Shown here: in pieces, positions 57,021-64,000 of the stretch | Layout of the letters: each line of letters opens with the position of its first letter | How positions within the stretch are numbered: the first letter of the stretch is position 1 | Source of the DNA: Spirochaetota bacterium | GTDB taxonomy: Bacteria > Spirochaetota > UBA4802 > JAGODF01 | DNA length: 64,000 nucleotides | Reading direction: 5' to 3' | Assembly: GCA_026419015.1 (NCBI GenBank) | Contig: JAOAAF010000001.1 | Location: forward strand, 28,283-92,282 | The notes under the pieces: generated by a model | Database searches by the model: none | What the model was told of the DNA's origin: nothing | The model's input: only the letters and a program-made list of their open reading frames with translations | Position numbers and translations under genes: made by a program

Positions 57021-58373
57021 CTATAAGTTGTCGATATTAATATTGTATTGTTTAATTTTTCGGTAAAGATTTGTTCGCTCAATGCCCATTTCTTGAGCTG
57101 TTTGTGAAACGTTTTTGTTATTTCGCCGAAGTGCATTGATAATGAATTCTCGCTCGAATTGTTCTTTTGCTTTTTTATACGAAGAGATTTGTGCTGGATT
57201 AATATCTACATCTTCGGTTTCGAGGTGTTCGCGTATGTCAGATACATCAATTGTCTCCGAAGGGATCATAATGCAGAGCCGTTCAACGATATTTTTCAGT
57301 TCGCGCACATTTCCGGGCCACGGATACTCCATGAGCAGTTTCATCCCTTCTGGGGTTATTTCTTTTGAGCCCGTGCCGTGCTCTTTGCTAAATTTGTCGA
57401 GAAAGTAATTAACCAAAAGAGGAATATCTTCTCGGCGTTCAGTCAGTTCTGGAACATGGATGGGTATGACGTTGAGGCGAAAATATAAATCTTCTCGAAA
57501 TTTTTCTTCTTCAATTGCACGCTTCACATTTGCATTTGTTGCCGAAATGACGCGTACATCAACTGTAATTGTTTCATTACCGCCGACTCGTTCGAATTGT
57601 TGTTCTTGCAACACGCGAAGCACTTTGGCTTGTGCGCTTGCGCTCATATCGCAAATTTCATCTAAAAAAATAGTGCCGCGGTTTGCGATCTCAAATTTTC
57701 CAAGCTTGCGGTTTATTGCGCCGGTAAAAGAACCTTTTTCGTGACCAAAAAGTTCGCTTTCGATGAGTTCATCGGGAATTGCGGCGCAATTCACTTTAAT
57801 AAATGGTCTATCGGCGCGAAGCGATTTTCGGTGAATTGCTTTTGCAACGAGTTCTTTGCCGGTACCATTCGCGCCAGTAATAAATACCCGTGCATTTGTC
57901 GCGGCAGCTCTGTCGATGATGGCACGAATTTCTTGGATTGCTTTTGATTGGCCAATCATTTCATCATCGTGCACAAGATTTTTCATAAGGCGAATGTTTT
58001 CTTTTTTAAGACGGATTTGTTCGAGCGCATTGTTGACCGAAGTGATTATGCGTTCCATGGAAGGAGGTTTTTCAATAAAATCAAATGCTCCCATCTTGGT
58101 AGCTTTCACCGCAATGTCGATTGAGCCATGTCCTGATATCATGAGGATAGCAATATCGGGATTAGTTTTTTTAACGCGCTCTAAGATTCCAATGCCATCA
58201 ATATCGGGAAGCCAGACATCCAAGATAATAAGGTCGACATCGTTTTTCCTTACAAAATTCAACGCTTCTTCGCCTGTTGAGGCAGAATAGACAATGTGTT
58301 CCTCATCTTGCAATATTGCGCTGATTGTCGTGATAATATTTTTTTCATCATCAACTATGAGAATTTTTGCCAT
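57021..58373 (-). CDS. Sigma-54-dependent Fis-family response regulator (NtrC/NtrX-like enhancer-binding protein)
   Basis: The receiver domain is KILIVDDE...DLIILDVWLPD. The AAA+ sigma-54 interaction domain has GANGTGKE and GAFTGA (ESELFGHEKGSFTGA). A C-terminal HTH is present. The start at 58373 overlaps the kinase gene end. Confidence 0.85.
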   Translation of the reverse strand: MAKILIVDDEKNIITTISAILQDEEHIVYSASTGEEALNFVRKNDVDLIILDVWLPDIDGIGILERVKKTNPDIAILMISGHGSIDIAVKATKMGAFDFIEKPPSMERIITSVNNALEQIRLKKENIRLMKNLVHDDEMIGQSKAIQEIRAIIDRAAATNARVFITGANGTGKELVAKAIHRKSLRADRPFIKVNCAAIPDELIESELFGHEKGSFTGAINRKLGKFEIANRGTIFLDEICDMSASAQAKVLRVLQEQQFERVGGNETITVDVRVISATNANVKRAIEEEKFREDLYFRLNVIPIHVPELTERREDIPLLVNYFLDKFSKEHGTGSKEITPEGMKLLMEYPWPGNVRELKNIVERLCIMIPSETIDVSDIREHLETEDVDINPAQISSYKKAKEQFEREFIINALRRNNKNVSQTAQEMGIERTNLYRKIKQYNINIDNL

Positions 58374-60144
58374 TTGCTTCCTCGCTGTGTATACGCGGAA
58401 ACTCAATTATAAATTCTGCGCCTTCCCCTAATTTTGAGTGGCACTTAATTCGGCCTTTGTGCTCAAAGATGATCTTTTCAACAATTGCAAGTCCAAGACC
58501 ACTCCCGTGTTCTTTTAAAGAAAAATTTGGCTCAAATATTTTTGGAATATCTTCTTCTTTTATTCCCACCCCATCGTCTTTTATGGAGATTCGCGCTGCG
58601 TTTTTTTCTCGATCGAAATAGGTTGAAATCCACACATTGCCTTTCCCGTTGAGAGAATCGATGGCGTTTTGTATGAGATTGACCATTACCTGCCGAATCA
58701 GTATTTTATCGAAATACAGGGGTGGGAGGTTTTCGTCAAGCGATAAGTGGAAGTTGATTTGCTCGTGACCTTTGAAGAATTCAACGCAATTTACAATTTT
58801 TGCATTTAAATTTCCCAATTCGAGTTTTGCTTCTGGTAATCGGGCAAAACGGGAAAACTCGGAAATAATCTCCATAAGGGAATCAACTTCTTCAATAATC
58901 GTTGCAGTACCTCTCTCAATGATGGTAGCTAAATCGGGATGATTTTCAAAGAAACGCTTTCGTATCCTTTCTGCAGAAAGCCGTATTGGGGTGAGAGGGT
59001 TTTTTATCTCGTGAACTAATTTTCTCGCAATATCATGCCATGCTTGCAATTTTTGTTTTTGATACATTATTTCTCTGCTTTCGCGGAGTTGTTCCGACAT
59101 TTTGTTAAACGATTTGAACAACATTGCCATTTCATCTTCCGAATCGCGTTCGAGGTGAATGGAAAAATTGCCAGATGCGATCTGTCGCGCTGCGGAGGCA
59201 AGTTCATACACAGGTTTTGTGATGCTATTTGAGAGAAAATAGCTTACCGAAATTGAAAGAATAACTATGATAATGGAAAGTATGAGCAGGAAAATTCCTA
59301 TTCCTGTTTGCAAATATGGTTTCAAAAAGTAACGCTGCTGATATCTCCCTAAAGCCTCTTGGTAAAGGGCGATGCGGGCAAACAATATCTCTGGAACTTT
59401 CTTGTACAAGATTAATACTTTGTTCCCTTCTCGTAACGCACCCATAACGACCGAATGTGCACCGATGCTAATATTGTATATGCGAACACCTTGATTGGGT
59501 GGAATCGTATTTAAAATTATGCCCATACCGCTTGTAAATTCGTTGGGAAGATAGCGCGAATTGTAAACAAAACCAATACCGTGCACCAATGTATATAAAC
59601 AAATACCAAATCCTTGTGATTTAAGTTTTTCTTCTTGTTTTAATAACGCAGGGTATACTGCATCGAGGCCATGATTTGCAATAATTTCAAGGCGATAGCG
59701 GATGTCGTCAAATGAAGAGGAAATCGTTTCATTCGCCATTTTAAGCGATTCTTCCATTGCTTGGGTATCGCGTTCGCTAATGTATTGAGAAATTGTGTGA
59801 TGAACAATTCTATTCGTGAGAATAATAATCGGAAGAGAGGGAATAATAGCAACGAATACGAAGGCTATAGCAATTTTAAACCGTATGCTTGTTGTAATTT
59901 CGGATGATTGTAAGTAGATTTGTCTTCGAAACGAAACAATTATAAAGTAAATTGCCGCAATGACGGGGATCGACATCATAAGGTAAAGAAAATATATTTT
60001 CCCCATCTCTTCTTCAGCACCGCTTGTAGGGAAAAGCCCAACAATGAGGAGGGCAGCGAAGAAAAAGATGCCGAGAAGGAAAATAAAATCCTGCAATCGT
60101 GCCTTGCTTGAAATAAGTTTTTTTAAAAACAGTGTGCTTTTCAT
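58351..60144 (-). CDS. NtrY-like sensor histidine kinase (2 TM + periplasmic domain + HAMP + HisKA + HATPase_c)
   Basis: The H-box HEIKNPLTPIRLSAERIRKRF is very close to NtrY-type kinases. The N- and G-boxes are VNLIQNAIDS, DDGVGI and GSGLGLAIVEKII. The start overlaps the upstream gene stop (ATGA). Confidence 0.8.
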   Translation of the reverse strand: MKSTLFLKKLISSKARLQDFIFLLGIFFFAALLIVGLFPTSGAEEEMGKIYFLYLMMSIPVIAAIYFIIVSFRRQIYLQSSEITTSIRFKIAIAFVFVAIIPSLPIIILTNRIVHHTISQYISERDTQAMEESLKMANETISSSFDDIRYRLEIIANHGLDAVYPALLKQEEKLKSQGFGICLYTLVHGIGFVYNSRYLPNEFTSGMGIILNTIPPNQGVRIYNISIGAHSVVMGALREGNKVLILYKKVPEILFARIALYQEALGRYQQRYFLKPYLQTGIGIFLLILSIIIVILSISVSYFLSNSITKPVYELASAARQIASGNFSIHLERDSEDEMAMLFKSFNKMSEQLRESREIMYQKQKLQAWHDIARKLVHEIKNPLTPIRLSAERIRKRFFENHPDLATIIERGTATIIEEVDSLMEIISEFSRFARLPEAKLELGNLNAKIVNCVEFFKGHEQINFHLSLDENLPPLYFDKILIRQVMVNLIQNAIDSLNGKGNVWISTYFDREKNAARISIKDDGVGIKEEDIPKIFEPNFSLKEHGSGLGLAIVEKIIFEHKGRIKCHSKLGEGAEFIIEFPRIHSEEANGKNSHS

Positions 60145-60728
60145 TGTTCAATCATAAACGATGGGCCGTTGACCCACCCTGTATCGAAATCCCAATATCC
60201 AACGATGTATTTGAATATAAGATTCATAGGAAAATAAAGCTCAATTGATGAAAGCTCTGCCCGAGCCCGAACGCGGTACGGTTTTCCTTTCAATAATTTT
60301 GCGCTTGGTATTTCGAATTTGAAAACAGAAAAAAAATCATTAAGCAATTGGCGTTCGTTGTGATAGGTACTTTTTGTCCCTTTTTCTGAAATGATGTACG
60401 AGCGATTCCAAAAATCAAATTTCATCGAACGGTGGATCTCAATGCTGTGAACAGTTTTTGAATAAATAAAATCGAATGGATTTACTTTTATAATTTGAAT
60501 CGTTATCGTAAGCTTAGTTTCAATGCCCCTTTTTATTGCTTCAATGATGTCACTTTCAGCATATTTGATTATAGCGATATCGATAAAGCGACGTTCGTTT
60601 TCAACAAAGATGTTGCTCATTCGAAGTTGAGTTGCAAAAGCTCTGCTAGTGATCGAGATACAAATTCCCACCACTAATGAAAATTGCAATATGATATGAA
60701 GTTTCGGTTGTTGAATTGTTCGATTCAT
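60141..60728 (-). CDS. Periplasmic/secreted hypothetical protein, possibly DUF4390-like (the family that commonly precedes ntrY)
   Basis: It is 195 aa with an N-terminal signal/anchor. It is translationally coupled (ATGA) to the NtrY-like kinase gene. The family assignment is inferred from position and size only. Confidence 0.4.
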   Translation of the reverse strand: MNRTIQQPKLHIILQFSLVVGICISITSRAFATQLRMSNIFVENERRFIDIAIIKYAESDIIEAIKRGIETKLTITIQIIKVNPFDFIYSKTVHSIEIHRSMKFDFWNRSYIISEKGTKSTYHNERQLLNDFFSVFKFEIPSAKLLKGKPYRVRARAELSSIELYFPMNLIFKYIVGYWDFDTGWVNGPSFMIEQ

Positions 60729-60752
60729 TTGGTATAGCGAATATAAAAGGCT

Positions 60753-61310
60753 TTAAAATTGAATGTGATTTCCAAATGAAAATTCAATTCGATCATTTGT
60801 TGTTTCTACGGAAAGTTGCAATCGTAATCGGTTTTTCCAATAGGGGAAATAAATTTCTCGATTATATGTCTCGGCAGAGTGAACTGCATCGATCACGCAG
60901 AGCACCTTTATGAAAATAATCGAGAATAAATACCCTATAATTATACTTCTATCTTTTTTTGAAATGTCATTCCATCGCACTACTTCTTCATCGGATGCTG
61001 CATATTTATCGGTATAATAGAAAAGGCCATAAACTAATAATCCTTTTTGAAAGATGTCCATCATAAGGAAAAGAGAACCGCGTCCGTAGTTTTGGGTATA
61101 AAACTGTCCCAAGCCGTTCCAACTCCATGAAAGCAATCCTGCAAGAAATGGGTCTTTGCGTTCGGGTTCATCCAAAAAATATGGGGTTTGTGCAGTGCTT
61201 TCTTTTTGCGATGGAATAGCTTGTGCGTATGAAAACTGAAAAGCTGCGATGGCAAACACAAATGCGAGAAATCCAATTACCGTCATCTTAAAAGCGAGTT
61301 TGTAAGCCAA
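60753..61310 (-). CDS. Secreted/membrane hypothetical protein, paralog B of a tandem pair sharing an AG(I/L)LSW..GLGQ(F/Y)Y motif
   Basis: It has a signal peptide from the TTG start (MAYKLAFKMTVIGFLAFVFAIAAFQFSYAQA); an alternative ATG start lies at 61286. The motif KDPFLAGLLSWSWNGLGQFYT is shared with the upstream paralog. It ends in F. Confidence 0.5.
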   Translation of the reverse strand: MAYKLAFKMTVIGFLAFVFAIAAFQFSYAQAIPSQKESTAQTPYFLDEPERKDPFLAGLLSWSWNGLGQFYTQNYGRGSLFLMMDIFQKGLLVYGLFYYTDKYAASDEEVVRWNDISKKDRSIIIGYLFSIIFIKVLCVIDAVHSAETYNREIYFPYWKNRLRLQLSVETTNDRIEFSFGNHIQF

Positions 61311-61890
61311 GATATACGCTCCTCATATCATTAGTTTTTGTAAAAATAAAAGGGTATGTTTCGCGGAGTTTTTTTTGTTGGTGTTCGAGATTCATGTTGA
61401 AAATTCGGGCGGTTCGAACAGCATCGGATATATTATAAAGATGAATAATTCCCACTATTGAAATAATGCCCAAAAATACATTGCGCCGAGAGGTTTCAAT
61501 TACTCCTAAATCGGAACGCTTTGCATCGACGTTAATTTTAAATCCCGTTTTTCCACCTGCAGAAAAATCAAAATTAATAAAATACAGTATTGCGCCAAGC
61601 GTAAGAGTGTATTCGGTAATCATAAAAACAGTACCTTTCGTGATTTCTCCTGAATAATATTGACCAAGGCCTGGAATATACCACGAAAGGATACCCGCGA
61701 GTATAGGATCCCTTTTTCGTTCGAAAAAAGCTTTCTGGTATTCGAGTTGTTCGAGAATTTTAAGTTCTGCCGCCTTTGAAGTTTTGCCCGTAGGTTGACC
61801 CTGAATGCCGAATGCATCTCTGGGAGCAAATACCGCAATGAGTATGAACACAAAATGTATTGTGAAAACCAACTGTAATCGACGTTTCAT
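61288..61890 (-). CDS. Secreted/membrane hypothetical protein, paralog A of the tandem pair
   Basis: The signal peptide is MKRRLQLVFTIHFVFILIAVFAPRDAFG. It has the motif RDPILAGILSWYIPGLGQYYSG followed by two hydrophobic segments. It ends in F. Confidence 0.5.
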   Translation of the reverse strand: MKRRLQLVFTIHFVFILIAVFAPRDAFGIQGQPTGKTSKAAELKILEQLEYQKAFFERKRDPILAGILSWYIPGLGQYYSGEITKGTVFMITEYTLTLGAILYFINFDFSAGGKTGFKINVDAKRSDLGVIETSRRNVFLGIISIVGIIHLYNISDAVRTARIFNMNLEHQQKKLRETYPFIFTKTNDMRSVYLGLQTRF

Positions 61891-61967
61891 GATAAGTTTT
61901 ATTCTTTATTTCAATAAAATTTTCAAGAATTTATTTTCTTAATGGTAAAAATTTTTACTCATGAACA

Positions 61968-62231
61968 TCAAGAGTTAAATTCTGTTTGAATGAGCCGCAC
62001 GATGTTTTCAACAGCTTCTTTTTCTTCTTCACCTTTGGCACGCACAATTAGTTTTGTTCCTTTTGTTATTGCAAGTGAAAGAACAGACATGATGGATTTT
62101 CCGTTAGCTTCTATATCTCCCTTGATAAAATATACTTCGCAAGGGTATTTCATTGCCTCTTTCACCAACATCATGGCTGGGCGGGCATGAATTCCCGCAT
62201 CGCTGTTAATCTGGATTACCTTTTCCGTCAT
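61968..62231 (-). CDS. ptsH: Phosphocarrier protein HPr
   Basis: His15 lies in the GIHARPA context and Ser46 in GKSIMSV. 87 aa are counted from the ATG at 62231; the ORF-track start is further upstream. Confidence 0.9.
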   Translation of the reverse strand: MTEKVIQINSDAGIHARPAMMLVKEAMKYPCEVYFIKGDIEANGKSIMSVLSLAITKGTKLIVRAKGEEEKEAVENIVRLIQTEFNS

Positions 62232-63180
62232 GGCTATTTTGCTGTCTTTTAATCCATTCTTGAATTCGTGCATCCAACTCTTGCGCTGTATAAACGCCCA
62301 TTTTTTTCAAGCGTTGGTTAAGCGCAGCAGTTTCGATGATGATGGGTATATTTCGTCCCGGCCGCACGGGCACTGTTATAAATGGCACATTAATATCGAG
62401 AATTGTATAGTAGTGTTCATCGATGCCCAATCGATCGTAATATTTCGATGCATCCCATTCTTCTAAAAGCACAACGAGTTCTATTCGTTTGCGATTTCTT
62501 ACTGCCCCAATGCCATACAACTCTTTCACGTTTATTATGCCAAGTCCGCGAATTTCGAGATGATGGCGCACAATTTCCGAACCGCTTCCCATAAGCAACG
62601 ATTCATCGATTTTTCGGATCTCTACTATATCGTCTGCAACGAGTCTATGGTTTCGTTCAATGAGTTCTAGCGCGGTTTCGCTTTTCCCAACTCCGCTCTT
62701 TCCTATTAGTAAAACCCCAATTCCAAATACTTCTACCAATGTACCGTGCATGGTGATTGAAGGAGCAAAGAATTCTTCAATGACATGAGTAACGAGGCTA
62801 ATAAAGCGCGTTGTTTTGTGTCGAGTTACCATAATCGGCACGCCTTTTTCGTTCGCGATCGCAAGGAATTGTGAATCAGGCATTAGCGAATGCGTGAACA
62901 CGCAGCAGAGAATATCAAATGAAAAAAATTTGTTGTATACTTCGATTTTTTTTTCGATGGGTAATTTTTCTAAAAAAGCGGTTTCGCCAAGTCCAAAGAT
63001 TTGAATTCGATCGAATGCGAAAAAGTCGTAAAAACCAGCAAGGGTAAGTCCCGGTCGATTCATTTCGGTTCCTGGAATTAATTTCGACAGTCCTCTTTCG
63101 CCGGCAACGAGTTGTAGTTGCAAATCAATGTTGCCCGTCGGACCAAGGAGATCACGTATGCAAAGTTTTTTCTGTTCCAT
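62206..63180 (-). CDS. hprK: HPr kinase/phosphorylase
   Basis: Walker A is GKSGVGKSETALEL. The HprK signature region is LVADDIVEI and the C-terminal motif is LEIRGLGIINV. The start is taken at MEQKK (63180); the ORF-track start at 63297 adds a Cys-rich, non-conserved 39 aa. Confidence 0.9.
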   Translation of the reverse strand: MEQKKLCIRDLLGPTGNIDLQLQLVAGERGLSKLIPGTEMNRPGLTLAGFYDFFAFDRIQIFGLGETAFLEKLPIEKKIEVYNKFFSFDILCCVFTHSLMPDSQFLAIANEKGVPIMVTRHKTTRFISLVTHVIEEFFAPSITMHGTLVEVFGIGVLLIGKSGVGKSETALELIERNHRLVADDIVEIRKIDESLLMGSGSEIVRHHLEIRGLGIINVKELYGIGAVRNRKRIELVVLLEEWDASKYYDRLGIDEHYYTILDINVPFITVPVRPGRNIPIIIETAALNQRLKKMGVYTAQELDARIQEWIKRQQNSHDGKGNPD

Positions 63181-63281
63181 CGCAATTATTGTCTTGCGCA
63201 ATTGAATATTTTTTGCTTTTGATGATGTCAATATTTTTTTGCAAACATCCGCGAAGATTAGAGTTCGAATGCATATTGTGC

Positions 63282-63309
63282 TTGACTCATGGCACATTTT
63301 TGCTAATGT
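63282..63309 (+). promoter_or_regulatory. Putative sigma-70 promoter for the symporter gene (-35 TTGACT at 63282-63287, 16 bp spacer, -10 TAATGT at 63304-63309)
   Basis: It lies 23 bp upstream of the ATG, and the RBS GAGGAA is at 63321-63326. Confidence 0.35.
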
Positions 63310-63331
63310 TTTTTAGAATTGAGGAATTGAA

Positions 63332-64000
63332 ATGAATACCTTTTCTTTTTCTGCATTCTTCAAATTTGTGCCCACCGAAGTGCATTGGTTTGATATTAGC
63401 CTCATCTTTATTTATTTAATAGGAATATCCATTTTTGGGTATTTTTTTCACCGGCGAATTAAAAATTCAAGCGATTACTTTTTGGCAGGTAAGACGCTCC
63501 CATGGTGGATAATTGGAATGTCTATTATTGGCACAAATATAGGGTCGAACGATTATGTGGGAGGAGCAGGCGGGGCATTTCGTTACGGGATTGCGCAGGC
63601 GAACTTTGAATGGATTGGTGCAATCCCTGCAATGGTAATTTCTGCGATAGTTTTTATTCCTTTTTATTGGCGTGCGGGAGTATTTTCAATTCCCGAGTAC
63701 TTGGGCAGGCGCTATAATCAAGCGGTACGCGTTATTTCAGCAACCGTGCTCTCGCTCTTTTCGGTACTCATTGTTGGCGTATTTCTGTGGTCAACGGCAC
63801 TGATGTTAAATACGTATTTGGGATGGCCGATTGCCTTTAGCATTGTCATTACCGCAGGAGTTGTTGGACTTTATACCATATCTGGTGGCCTTGAAGCGGT
63901 TGCCTATACCGATGCAGTGCAAATGGTTATTATGTTTATTGGTGCAATCGCAATGGCAATACTTGGATTTCATGCGGTAGGTGGAATTGGGAATTTTGTC
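63332..64000 (+). CDS. Sodium:solute symporter (SSS family), 3'-partial (runs off the window end)
   Basis: The frame is open from 63332 to the window edge. The polytopic translation has SSS-family hallmarks (DYFLAGKTLPWWIIGMSIIGTNIGSNDYVGGAG...GGLEAVAYTDAVQ). Confidence 0.8.
   Translation, partial: MNTFSFSAFFKFVPTEVHWFDISLIFIYLIGISIFGYFFHRRIKNSSDYFLAGKTLPWWIIGMSIIGTNIGSNDYVGGAGGAFRYGIAQANFEWIGAIPAMVISAIVFIPFYWRAGVFSIPEYLGRRYNQAVRVISATVLSLFSVLIVGVFLWSTALMLNTYLGWPIAFSIVITAGVVGLYTISGGLEAVAYTDAVQMVIMFIGAIAMAILGFHAVGGIGNFV

Noticed and set aside
63290-63304. Sigma-54-like -24/-12 element TGGCAC-ATTTT-TGCT upstream of the symporter gene, next to the sigma-54 activator operon
   Set aside because: The GG to GC spacing is 9 nt rather than the strictly conserved 10 nt. 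An overlapping sigma-70 promoter with good -35 TTGACT and -10 TAATGT at 16-bp spacing explains the region better.
1-64000. CRISPR arrays, IS elements, restriction-modification, toxin-antitoxin or other known defence systems
   Set aside because: I found no short regularly spaced direct repeats, transposase/integrase ORFs, methyltransferase/nuclease pairs or small TA-like gene pairs in any frame.

Overview
This is a 64 kb chromosomal window of a moderately AT-rich bacterium (about 40-45% GC by eye). Gene content is spirochete/Leptospira-like: HPr/HprK, many HEAT-repeat, PP2C, cyclase and PAS proteins. All calls rest on motifs read from the translations; no database search was possible.

I found no transposase, integrase, CRISPR array, restriction-modification system or toxin-antitoxin pair. 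The window is dense, mostly core or accessory-regulatory genes in tight, often overlapping operons.

Gene map, left to right:
- 2..2076: the tail of a Mo-enzyme-type respiratory module (5'-partial NrfC/PsrB-like 4Fe-4S subunit plus NrfD/PsrC-like membrane subunit), ending in a clean terminator.
- 2258..4213: a small secreted YD-repeat protein divergent from a putative outer-membrane barrel.
- 4456..11131: a TetR-controlled lipid/fatty-acid-type catabolic cluster (alpha/beta hydrolase, enoyl-CoA hydratase, nitronate monooxygenase/FabK-like, TetR, fused OYE-FAD/NAD 2,4-dienoyl-CoA-reductase-like enzyme). A perfect 9-1-9 palindromic operator overlaps the tetR promoter.
- 11141..12260: tsaB and tsaE.
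- 12365..18926: a multi-PAS hybrid histidine kinase, YgiQ radical SAM, glyA, acpS.
- 19213..24250: a Cache/HAMP class III nucleotidyl cyclase translationally coupled to a 1061-aa FecR-PEGA-PQQ-propeller protein.
- 24595..27610: an SH3b lipoprotein, a family-3 solute-binding protein, a putative OM barrel.
- 27668..32389: a 1053-aa HEAT-repeat protein with a degenerate cyclase-like C-terminal domain, divergent from an LPP20-like lipoprotein.
- 32532..37059: a hexapeptide/gamma-CA-like protein, GH13 alpha-glucosidase, nitroreductase, histidine phosphatase, amidohydrolase.
- 37162..37516: tRNA-Ala(CGC) with its terminator and a tiny Cys-rich secreted protein.
- 37647..43440: a second enoyl-CoA hydratase, a thrombospondin-type-3-like OM protein, a 7TMR-DISM/PP2C phosphatase, ychF.
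- 43487..48066: a 1058-aa TLC(ADP/ATP-translocase-like)-HEAT-cNMP-binding membrane protein overlapping an OM barrel gene.
- 48132..52773: a ribH-nusB-TPR-dgt-DUF1285-like operon.
- 52770..54272: an NhaC antiporter.
- 54349..63180 (minus strand): an overlap-chained super-operon hprK-ptsH-two paralogous GLGQ-motif proteins-DUF4390-like-ntrY-like kinase-ntrX-like sigma-54 activator-udg-priA.
- 63332..64000: a partial sodium:solute symporter.

The candidates I rate most worth follow-up are (i) the recurring cyclic-nucleotide theme built on HEAT-repeat scaffolds (an authentic cyclase, a pseudo-cyclase and a cNMP-binding transporter-like fusion, each paired with envelope proteins), and (ii) the physical coupling of HPr/HprK to a sigma-54 two-component system through two uncharacterised paralogs.
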